The notes under the pieces: model-generated
The model's input: the letters and a program-made list of their open reading frames with translations, nothing else
Database searches by the model: none
What the model was told of the DNA's origin: nothing
DNA from: a virus
IMG/VR virus record: IMGVR_UViG_3300022407_006250
Span: 36,786-100,785 of that record
DNA length: 64,000 bases
Reading direction: 5' to 3' (one strand)
Part shown: positions 22,152-30,498 of the stretch, one piece after another
Numbering within the stretch: position 1 is the stretch's first letter
How the letters are laid out: the number at the start of each line of letters is the position of its first letter
Translations under genes and position numbers: made by a program

Positions 22152-22859
22152 ATGAAAAAAATTTACTACGAAAAAGTTGGGCGGCGGTATGTGCCTGTTG
22201 CCGAGTATAATAGTGATTTTATGGATAGCTATAAAAAAGGTACACACCTAATACACAGTTACCCCGGTGGAACCAGTCGTCGATTTAACATTGAACCTGC
22301 ATTTGCTCCCATGATTGCCGCGGGTATATATGCAGAAGATGCCATAACTTCAGCTATGGCCAAAGCCAGCAGTCTGCGACCTCAAAAAACACCTATCACA
22401 GAACGCCAAAAAAAGGCATGGAATAATTTTTCCAAAGAAATGGGTGAAGAAATGTCAACTTTATATGGCACATCTGTTCGTGATTGTGCGGAAGCAGGTG
22501 TAAAAGCCATGCAACAAGAAGTAGAAAAAACCATGAAGCATCCCGCGGTTCAAGCCGCTTACGAAGAATTCATGTTGGTTTACAAACTATGTCACGAAGG
22601 CGGTGTCAAGTAGTTGACTATGCTTGGACATGGTGTTATAATATCTGTATTGGAGAAATTGATGGATGATGAACTAAAAATTGCGGTTCGAGAACTTTTT
22701 GAAAAGTACCTAAACCATGCCGAAGAATCCGATTCCGGTCGCTTGTACAAGCCGGTTCAAATTTCTTGTTCAAGAGCCTTGATGACTGAACCACTAAATA
22801 TTCTAATAGAAAAAATTAGAAAACTATCAGGTGCTGCACATGCACCACGAACATTTTAG
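22152..22859 (+). CDS. Two hypothetical proteins (22152-22613, about 22662-22859)
   Basis: Co-directional ORFs. Confidence 0.6.
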
Positions 22860-22866
22860 GTGTAAA

Positions 22867-23385
22867 ATGAACATTGTGGAACGTGCTAAAGAATTTGCCA
22901 TGGCTGCACATAATTCAGCCCAGCAGGTAAGAAAGTATACCAACGAACCATATTGGGTGCATCCGGCTGAGGTCGCTGCCATTGTGGCCACTGTGCCACA
23001 TACAGATGAGATGTTGGCTGCTGCGTGGCTTCACGATACAGTGGAAGATACAGCCATTACTAACCAAGACATTGCTCGAGAGTTTGGCGAAGAAGTTGCT
23101 AAACTTGTGGGGTGGCTTACTGATGTTTCTCAACCCGGGGACGGTAATAGATCTCACAGAAAACAATTGGATCGGGAACATATCGCAAATGCACCTGCTG
23201 AGGTGCACACAATTAAATTGGCCGACTTGATTAGCAATACCAAAAGTATTGTGGAACATGATCCCGAGTTTGCAAAAGTTTACCTTGAAGAAAAACGATT
23301 GCTACTTGAGGTCCTGGTCAAAGGCAACTTGTCGCTGCGTATCTCTGCAAGAAGTCAAATTAGTGAACGGGAATTTTTATTCTAA
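22867..23385 (+). CDS. Stand-alone RelA/SpoT-type HD hydrolase (small alarmone hydrolase / Mesh1-like)
   Basis: AH..Q.RK...PY..HP, AAWLHDTVEDT, IKLADLISN. Confidence 0.85.
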   Translation: MNIVERAKEFAMAAHNSAQQVRKYTNEPYWVHPAEVAAIVATVPHTDEMLAAAWLHDTVEDTAITNQDIAREFGEEVAKLVGWLTDVSQPGDGNRSHRKQLDREHIANAPAEVHTIKLADLISNTKSIVEHDPEFAKVYLEEKRLLLEVLVKGNLSLRISARSQISEREFLF

Positions 23386-23828
23386 TGGATGACCACGATA
23401 TTGCAATTGTTTGTAATCGCATACGGACACCCGATGGCACAGTCATCATAAGTCGCCACGGTCACGACTATGTACGCTATCAAGATGCAAATGGATTTGA
23501 ATATTCTGTAGACGGTGGCACAAATTATCTTCGTCGTGGATGGTCGCCCGGTGCACCACCTGCAGAAGAAATTAGCGTATACTCAAATAATATCCACGAA
23601 GAAATTAGGGGAGCATTTGCCTGGGGCACTCGAGGTCGTGACGGTGATCAACCACTTGCTTGGATAACACTTGATCAAATGAGCACCGAACATATCACAG
23701 CCGTTTTGGAAACTCAGAATCAAATCAGCAAACAGGTTCGTAAAATTTTTGAGGATGAAATCAAATTCCGAAAACTAATTCAAGTTAATAAACAAATTCA
23801 AAAAATTTATAAAAATACAACAGAATGA
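23385..23828 (+). CDS. Hypothetical phage protein
   Basis: ORF with SRHGHDY / VDGG motifs, coupled to neighbours. Confidence 0.65.
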   Translation: MDDHDIAIVCNRIRTPDGTVIISRHGHDYVRYQDANGFEYSVDGGTNYLRRGWSPGAPPAEEISVYSNNIHEEIRGAFAWGTRGRDGDQPLAWITLDQMSTEHITAVLETQNQISKQVRKIFEDEIKFRKLIQVNKQIQKIYKNTTE

Positions 23829-24331
23829 AAAAACTTGTTATCGATGATGCGCTGTTTCGATCCTTGATGTCAGACATTTGCAGGCAAATCTCGTTGTCTG
23901 GCTGGCAGCCCGATTATGTGGTTGGTATTACCCGAGGCGGCCTGTTGGCTGCTACAATGATTAGCCATTACTTTGAAATTCCCATGCATACACTAAATGT
24001 AAGTATGCGAGATGGGGTTGGAAGAGAAAGTAATGTTCAAATGGCCAATGAAGCATTTGGTCATAATTGTCTAGCTAAAAATATTCTCATCGTAGATGAC
24101 ATCAACGACTCCGGTGCTACTCTAAACTGGATCATGCATGACTGGCACAGTAACTGTCATCTAGGAGAAAGCCAATGGGAAAATATTTGGGGCAACAATG
24201 TTCGTTTTGCTGTGGTTGTTGATAACCTAGCCAGCAGGTGCAGCATGGGAATGAACTTTGTGGGTATAGAAATTAACAAGGATGAGGAAAATGTTTGGGT
24301 TCATTTTCCTTACGAAGAATGGTGGAAATAA
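23825..24331 (+). CDS. Type I phosphoribosyltransferase
   Basis: VVGITRGG, PRPP loop LIVDDINDSGATL. Confidence 0.88.
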   Translation: MKKLVIDDALFRSLMSDICRQISLSGWQPDYVVGITRGGLLAATMISHYFEIPMHTLNVSMRDGVGRESNVQMANEAFGHNCLAKNILIVDDINDSGATLNWIMHDWHSNCHLGESQWENIWGNNVRFAVVVDNLASRCSMGMNFVGIEINKDEENVWVHFPYEEWWK

Positions 24332-25249
24332 TGGAAAATCGAGTAATACGAGATGGATGTGTTGCGGTACTGTACTCGCCGGGTTTTGGCGCAGGCTGGA
24401 GTACCTGGGTACATACCGAGGGGTCTGATATTAAATGCATGTATGATCCCGAAGTGGTACAATGGGTTCTGGATGGAAAACCAAAAAATCACTTTGATGA
24501 TAACTACTTTAAAGTCAAATACGATGGATATTTTTATACCGGCGGTTTGTTGCAACTAGAAATAGCCTGGATCCCGCTAGGACAAAAATTTATTATTAGA
24601 GAATATGATGGATCGGAAGATATTGAAACTGTTGACAGCATCGACTGGTATATAGCATAGGAAAAAAGATCATGACTGTGTGGCACGCGACGGATATTAC
24701 ATCTACACCCGAGATTGTTTTAGCCAATTGGAAAATTTACGAAGTATGTTCCGAGTTGTGGCCAAAAAAGACCCTGCACTTTGTGGGTTATAATGTAACC
24801 GAGCGAGAAGGTCGCGTGTCCAGTGCAATAGAGGAATTTGACTCACGCACCATGTGTGGACGCACCGGTAGTGGAAGGGTCTATAAACTGCAGGGCTCGC
24901 GTGGTTCAGATTCTGATTCATCATATGTATTTGCCAGATGGTGTAATTTGAATAAAATTACCGAACTATCAGAGTTCAAGATTGATCAAATAGCATGAAT
25001 CCCAGTTCAATCAAAACTTGGTTTCGTCGAAATGGTTTTGAGCCGCACGGCGTTCCAGGCAACTGGCGCGATGCTATGAAGTACGGCGTATTTAAACGTA
25101 AAGACAGGCTGTATCGTGTGAGACAGAATCAAGGTGTATGGGTCATTGACGTTTCCGAACCATTGTGCCAATTTGATCGCTGGGCAAACTCACGTGAAGT
25201 GGATGGTGCAAGTTTAGAAACATTCACCAAATCATTCTCGACCAAATGA
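24331..25249 (+). CDS. Three hypothetical proteins (24331-24660, 24672-24998, 24995-25249)
   Basis: Coupled ORFs. Confidence 0.6.
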
Positions 25250-25333
25250 TGATAGCTGGAAAATGTGTTTCAGAAGAAATATGTTGACATCTTGCAAAAG
25301 ATACAGTAACATACATTGAGTTAGAAAATTATT

Positions 25334-25417
25334 GCCCCGGTGGCGAAATGGTATACGCAAGAGACTTAAAATCTCTCGTCGAGAGGCATGCCGGTTCGAG
25401 TCCGGCCCGGGGCACCA
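25334..25417 (+). tRNA. tRNA-Leu(TAA)
   Basis: GCCCCGG/CCGGGGC acceptor, AGAGA-CTTAAAA-TCTCT, long variable arm, CCA. Confidence 0.95.
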
Positions 25418-25626
25418 TATTGAAGCATATTGGTGTAAGATGGAGTCGCTCTCCCATTATTCAGTAGCACTGATAAAATCTAGTATATTTCAATATGGTG
25501 TACGAAAGTCACTATATTAAAACGCATTCAACGGCAAACAGGATACCTAGCAACTGGACGCAGGGGCTATCCAAATAGTAGGGCACTACAGCCGAAAGCT
25601 AGGAAAAGAGTGTGTTTCAATATGGT
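25413..25626 (+). ncRNA. Two tandem long-stem structured elements with related closing helices
   Basis: 25413-25433 pairs with 25480-25500; 25511-25529 pairs with 25608-25626; both 3' arms end in TTTCAATATGGT. Confidence 0.55.
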
Positions 25627-25636
25627 AATGAAGTCT

Positions 25637-25721
25637 GGAGAAGAAGCATCAATGGTGATGCAGTGGACTGTAAATCCGCCACCCTCGGGTATGACTGGTT
25701 CGATCCCAGTATTCTCCACCA
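25637..25721 (+). tRNA. tRNA-Tyr(GTA)
   Basis: GGAGAA/TTCTCC acceptor, GTGGA-CTGTAAA-TCCGC, long variable arm, CCA. Confidence 0.92.
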
Positions 25722-25731
25722 AACAATCTAT

Positions 25732-25806
25732 CGCGGGGAGGGTCTGGTCACCAGCGAGGTCTCATAAGCCTTTGCCATCCTTGGTTCAAATCCAGGTCCC
25801 GCAACC
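25732..25806 (+). tRNA. tRNA-Met(CAT), initiator-like
   Basis: CGCGGGG start with C1:A72 mismatch, CTCATAA loop, TTCAAAT T-loop; reduced D-arm. Confidence 0.8.
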
Positions 25807-25937
25807 CAATTATAAACAGTCATGGTGTAATGTAAGGGAAACATACGAGAAGTCCGAGAGTCGCAAGATGTTAGGCAACCCATGCTCAAATGGTTGGTTT
25901 GATTCCAACCCACCAGTTTTAAATAAAAAGGATTTAA

Positions 25938-26144
25938 ATGAACTCTCAGTATCGTGAACGAGCTGTGGCCATGCTACAGCAAATTAAAACTTTTCCTGCT
26001 GGATCAGGCATTAAACACATAAAGACCGGGCGGGTGTATACAGTAGACCATGTGCATATCCAAGATTATAATTTATTGATTCATACAGCTGACAAACAGG
26101 TTTTTCAAGCAAAGAAATATACTGTATTAAAGAATATTAAGTAA
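25938..26144 (+). CDS. Hypothetical protein
   Basis: AAGGA RBS, 68 aa. Confidence 0.6.
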   Translation: MNSQYRERAVAMLQQIKTFPAGSGIKHIKTGRVYTVDHVHIQDYNLLIHTADKQVFQAKKYTVLKNIK

Positions 26145-26165
26145 TAAATACTAAATACATCGAGT

Positions 26166-26260
26166 ACATAACTGATGAGCCTGGAAGGGCGAAACGATAT
26201 TGGAACTTGTAGAGTCGTTCGGGAACCGTAAAGGGGACTCTCGTTCCAATCGTATTATGT
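26166..26260 (+). ncRNA. Type I hammerhead ribozyme
   Basis: Stem [13 protein letters not shown], core CTGATGA, stem II GCCT-GGAA-GGGC, GAAA, stem III CGAT..TGGAAC/GTTCCA-ATCG, cleavage triplet GTA (26252-26254). Confidence 0.88.
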
Positions 26261-26467
26261 TAAATATATTGCAATAAGGTGACTATCCAAAGAACTTAAA
26301 AATAAAACCAAATATATTGTTAAAGGGTGTAAAGCCCTTGTCACTTTCTATTATGCGTAATAGAAATACTCTTATAAGTCTAAAAAATGTTAGATGAATA
26401 ATTGCATGTTTATCATGCAATGGAGATTGATACTCTTATATATGGTGTCAACAATGTGAAAACAATG

Positions 26468-26493
26468 AAGCCCACCATGGTGGGCTTTCTCTT
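26468..26493 (+). terminator. Probable terminator
   Basis: AAGCCCAC-CATG-GTGGGCTT followed by TCTCTT. Confidence 0.7.
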
Positions 26494-26506
26494 TGGAAGT
26501 TTTTTA

Positions 26507-26980
26507 TTGACACAGTCGGAACATGACGTTATACTGAAGGCTAAGTTAAACACAAAGGAGCACAGCATGAAAGTTTTTGTATACTTTAATCTTCATAAGA
26601 AAGTTTTTAGTGTTCGCGCAATGGAAGGCGAAAACAAAGGCCGTGTGATTGCTCACACCACAACTGTTGAACTGCGCGATGCTGTGTTCAAAGTATCCCA
26701 GGCAGGGCGTGAACGAGTGCTCAAAGAAAAGCGTAAAAATGTACACGCTGGTGTACAAGGGCAATGGGTTGCATGGTCGGGCGACAATGTGGATGACCTT
26801 GATGCTGTCACATATAACCCCTACAAGTATAGCAGCTTTGTTACTGTTGCTGACCAAACACCGGTTCGAACTGCTGCTCGTGCTGTGTTGAACAATCGCA
26901 AAATACAAGCTCAACTCACAAATTAATTGACACAGTTGGAACATGATGTTATACTAAGGGCTAAGTTAAACACAAAGGAA
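26507..26980 (+). repeat. Duplicated ~54-bp promoter + leader + RBS cassette (26507-26560 and 26927-26980)
   Basis: TTGACACAGTYGGAACATGAYGTTATACT..GGCTAAGTTAAACACAAAGGA in both copies. Confidence 0.9.
26567..26926 (+). CDS. Hypothetical phage protein (start corrected to MKVFVYFNLHK)
   Basis: Promoter and AAGGAG directly upstream of 26567. Confidence 0.75.
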   Translation: MKVFVYFNLHKKVFSVRAMEGENKGRVIAHTTTVELRDAVFKVSQAGRERVLKEKRKNVHAGVQGQWVAWSGDNVDDLDAVTYNPYKYSSFVTVADQTPVRTAARAVLNNRKIQAQLTN

Positions 26981-26984
26981 CAAA

Positions 26985-27692
26985 ATGTCTTCGTTCAAAC
27001 TGTTAAGCACTGGTAATCCAAAAACGCTCAAAGGTCAAAAGCAAGGTTACATCACGTTTATCTTGCACCTTGCTCCTGCTGATCTTAGCGGGTTTGAAGT
27101 GTGCCCAAAGCGTACTGCAGGTTGCACCAGCGGATGCCTTAACCGGGCAGGACACGGTGGCATGTTCAAGCGCGGCGAAACAACCAATCGAGTACAGCAG
27201 GCACGCATCCGCAAGACTGTGCAATTTTTTACCAATCGTGATCAATTCATGACAGACTTGTTTGACGACATTGTTCGTGCTGTCCGGTATGCAAGAAAGA
27301 AAGGTTTTATCCCGGTGTTCCGCCTGAATGGTACAAGTGACCTCAGCTGGGAGAAGTATGCTGTGCAAGGCTACAACAACATCTTTGAAGCTTTTTCTGC
27401 TATACAGTTCTATGACTATACCAAGGTACTTGGACGTAAAGTGGCTCACTTGAATAACTATCACCTGACTTTTAGCCGTGCTGAAAATAACAACAAGGAT
27501 GTTGAACGAGCACTGGAGGCCGGTATGAATGTTGCAGCCGTTTACGATGTTATTCCAGAAGGCATGTTTTCAGCGGACGACAACGATTTGCGATTCCTTG
27601 ATCCTCAGGTTGGTGTGATCGGTCTTAAGGCAAAAGGTCCTGCCAAGAAAGATTACAGCGGGTTTGTAATTCGTCTCCGGCAAGCTGCTTAA
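26985..27692 (+). CDS. GP88-like phage protein (Cys cluster)
   Basis: VCP...GC...CL, RLNGTSD, FYDYTK, NYHLTFS, DLRFLD. Confidence 0.65.
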   Translation: MSSFKLLSTGNPKTLKGQKQGYITFILHLAPADLSGFEVCPKRTAGCTSGCLNRAGHGGMFKRGETTNRVQQARIRKTVQFFTNRDQFMTDLFDDIVRAVRYARKKGFIPVFRLNGTSDLSWEKYAVQGYNNIFEAFSAIQFYDYTKVLGRKVAHLNNYHLTFSRAENNNKDVERALEAGMNVAAVYDVIPEGMFSADDNDLRFLDPQVGVIGLKAKGPAKKDYSGFVIRLRQAA

Positions 27693-27755
27693 ATAAATGG
27701 TTGACACTTGAAGTCATCCGCTGTATAATACACGTAACAACCAAGGATTTACAAA

Positions 27756-28233
27756 ATGGCATCCCTGAAAAAAGCTATTGCAGCCAAATGTAAGGATTGC
27801 ATTTATGATCAGGCAATTCCGGGATCGTGGCTTACTCAGGTAGAAGCATGTACCAGCGTAAATTCTTGTGCTTTGTGGCCGGTACGGCCGCTAACTATTG
27901 CATCAATTAATCAGCAACGCAAGAACAATGCCGCATCCACTGCGGTAGCGGTTGAGGATGATGCAGAAGACGAACTGGTAGAAGTTTAATATGTCTTTAC
28001 TTGGTAAACAAATTCAACTAAAAGGTCTTTCTCAAATGGGAAAGAATCGTGTGAGAGATCACGGCGACCGCTGGACCGTGTTGGCCGAAACAGATCGAGT
28101 TCTGTTTTCTCCAAATAATCCAGGTCCCTGGTTATTTGTTTGCCCGGTAGGACTTGGACAGAATAATAAAGCCAGTCGTTGGGTCCGAGCTCACAACGAT
28201 CAAGACTTTATTGTAATAGAATTGGATGGTTGA
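27756..28233 (+). CDS. Two hypothetical proteins (27756-27989, 27991-28233)
   Basis: Own sigma70 promoter and RBS. Confidence 0.65.
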
Positions 28234-28323
28234 CTTCATCCTGTAATTTTCTTATACTCGGATTATGGTGAACGGAATAAGCCCGACACCAAGACACTTA
28301 AACACACACAAGGAGTATCTAAA

Positions 28324-28713
28324 ATGACTGAAATTAATATTAGCACCGACTCTATTATCTCCAAGGCTATTTCCAAGAAAGATCAAGCATCTGCTATTTT
28401 CCAATCCATGCTGGATCAAAAGCTGCAAGGTCGTTATAGTTCAAACAAAGAATTTCGATCAGCAGTTTTGTCATCTTTTCAATCTAGCATGGGCGTAAGC
28501 ATTGCGTCTGCCAGTACCATGTACAATGCAGTTAAGAAAGCTTCGGAAGCCGATGGTGTTGTTGTGCTGGGCCGCGATCCAAAGAAGGTCAAGACTTCAG
28601 CTGGTAACGGTCGTCGTGGTCGTCCAGCTGGCAGCAAAAATCGAGCCAAGCCTGTGGCTGTACCTGCCGATGTTATTGTTGAAGAGCAAATCTTTGACGA
28701 TGTTACTGCGTAA
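28324..28713 (+). CDS. Putative DNA-binding protein (paralogue of 46014 and 60404)
   Basis: FR..V....G.S.ASA.T.YN motif and RRGRPAG AT-hook-like tail. Confidence 0.55.
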   Translation: MTEINISTDSIISKAISKKDQASAIFQSMLDQKLQGRYSSNKEFRSAVLSSFQSSMGVSIASASTMYNAVKKASEADGVVVLGRDPKKVKTSAGNGRRGRPAGSKNRAKPVAVPADVIVEEQIFDDVTA

Positions 28714-28729
28714 AAACAAACAGCAACAA

Positions 28730-28752
28730 GAAAGGGCACTAGGTGCCCTTTC
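28730..28752. terminator. Bidirectional terminator between convergent blocks
   Basis: GAAAGGGCAC-TAG-GTGCCCTTTC; related copy at about 29605-29630. Confidence 0.7.
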
Positions 28753-28771
28753 TCGATTCCACTATTAGTTT

Positions 28772-29533
28772 TTAGTTAGTTGGGAATGGTGCTGTGGGTA
28801 CTGCAAAATTGGCAGTGTAACGAGCTACTCCCTTGGTGATTCTAAGTTGCTGCAAGTTGCCCGGGAAATAGTTATAGAATTTAGGAGCATCGCCTTGCTG
28901 TAAAGATGCCACTCTCATAGCATTACCGCCACCATTTACTGGAGCTGTATATGCTCCAGTACTAACAGCAGCCCCGTTAACGTAAATTGTTACAGTATTA
29001 GACGCTTTAACCACAGCAAAATAAGTCCAGGCATTTTTATTAATTGCGGTACTTGCTATTTGATAACTCTCGACACCACCCGAAAATGTGTTAAACACCA
29101 GTCCAGTACCGGTAGTAGATGCGTCACCAAAGATAAAAAGTTGCCATGCAGTATCAAGGCCTGCATCAGGCCAACAGCCCATAATAGTAGCATCACGCCT
29201 GCCGCCTGGATTAACAGCAGCATCCCCTGTTAGATAAAACCAACCTTCCATGGTAAAATTGTCGGTTCCAAAATTAAAATCAGCGTCGGGTGATATAGAT
29301 AGATAGCTAGATCCATTGGCGCTTGCTGAACTGGTACCCACTTGATAAACTGCACCGCTAACTGTTACGCCGCTGTTTGATACTGTTTTACCGGTGGCAT
29401 CGGTAATGCTGCTGGGAAGAGCAGTTTCTAGCAAGAAACTTACATCGCTCCAGTACGGATCGCCACCTGGGGCTGATCCGCTGGTGCTGGCAGATGCATT
29501 AGACATGGTTAGATTAGAAAGATTAACTGACAT
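28772..29533 (-). CDS. LamG/concanavalin A-like lectin-domain protein (tail/virion adhesin-like)
   Basis: DPYWSDV.FLL, FTMEGW, W.Y.AVV, IYVNG, LRITKGVARYTANF. Confidence 0.8.
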   Translation of the reverse strand: MSVNLSNLTMSNASASTSGSAPGGDPYWSDVSFLLETALPSSITDATGKTVSNSGVTVSGAVYQVGTSSASANGSSYLSISPDADFNFGTDNFTMEGWFYLTGDAAVNPGGRRDATIMGCWPDAGLDTAWQLFIFGDASTTGTGLVFNTFSGGVESYQIASTAINKNAWTYFAVVKASNTVTIYVNGAAVSTGAYTAPVNGGGNAMRVASLQQGDAPKFYNYFPGNLQQLRITKGVARYTANFAVPTAPFPTN

Positions 29534-29649
29534 AAGATTATTCCTTTAGGTTAGAGATTAACTGGGATCATGATATTTATCTAGTATAGGTATACAATCA
29601 AAAAGAAAGGGTACTTTAAAGTGCTCTTTCTACATTCCTCTATTAAAGT

Positions 29650-30372
29650 TTAATTAGTTGGGAAAGGCTGTGTTGAAGGAGTGAAGTCAGCTGTATAGCG
29701 AGCTACTCCCTTAGTGATACGTACCTGTTGTATGTATCCATTAAAGCCAAATCCAGAAATACCGCTGCCGCCGGCGCTGCCTATTATTGTTGGATTAGCT
29801 CCCTGATACATAGTGGCTTCAGTACCAGAATATCCTTGTACCCCATTTATGAACATTTTGAGTGTATTACCTGTTTTGCTCACGGCTATGTTTGTCCATG
29901 TGTTTAATGGTATGGTATTAGAAGTTGTGCGCACAACACCACCGCGCCCAGAGGACTGAAAGTATATAAAACCCAAGGCGGCGTTGCCTCCAGCACGAAG
30001 TTGGAATGTTTGCCCTCCACTAAAAAGATCGTCTTGATTTATTATTTGTTGATCCCCTTGAGTTGAAGTGCAATAGATCCAGGCTTCCATGGTAAAATCT
30101 CCTCCAACAAATTGGAGATCAGTACTGGTTGGCATGTCTAGATAGGCACTGCCGTTAAAAGTTGCTGAACTAGTACCAACTTGATACTGAGCACCAGTGA
30201 CTGTTACACTTTGATTTGTTATGGTGTTTAAGCCAGTAGCATCTGTGATGCTGCTTGGGAGTGCAGTTTCCATCAAGAGAACAACATTGTCCCAATATGG
30301 GTCGGTGGCAGCAGCTGAACTGGAGCCAGCGGATACTCGTGACATGGTTAGATTAGAAAGTGCAACTGACAT
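29650..30372 (-). CDS. LamG-like lectin-domain protein, tandem paralogue
   Basis: Same N- and C-terminal motifs; near-identical ~80-bp promoter/start segment (30341-30421 vs 29502-29582). Confidence 0.8.
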   Translation of the reverse strand: MSVALSNLTMSRVSAGSSSAAATDPYWDNVVLLMETALPSSITDATGLNTITNQSVTVTGAQYQVGTSSATFNGSAYLDMPTSTDLQFVGGDFTMEAWIYCTSTQGDQQIINQDDLFSGGQTFQLRAGGNAALGFIYFQSSGRGGVVRTTSNTIPLNTWTNIAVSKTGNTLKMFINGVQGYSGTEATMYQGANPTIIGSAGGSGISGFGFNGYIQQVRITKGVARYTADFTPSTQPFPTN

Positions 30373-30498
30373 AAGATTATTCCTTTAGGTTAGAGATTAA
30401 CTGGGATTATGATATTTATCTGATTTAGGACAGTATCAATAACAAACATGCGTTTTTAAATTTGCAATAAATAAACAAGGTTAACTAAGTGTATAATT

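Noticed and set aside
25532-25600. c-di-GMP-I riboswitch resemblance (GGCAAAC...GGACGCA)
   Set aside because: Lacks the GNRA-capped stem and the AAAGC continuation, and is not upstream of a CDS; kept only as unexplained cargo.
25332-25957. ORFs 25332-25520, 25610-25957 and 25728-25913
   Set aside because: They overlap well-formed tRNAs.
26402-26566. N-terminal extension of the 26402-26926 ORF
   Set aside because: It runs through a terminator and a promoter; the RBS supports a start at 26567. Similar over-extensions apply at 2215, 6201, 39539, 43149, 45954, 58717, 60722 and 63154.
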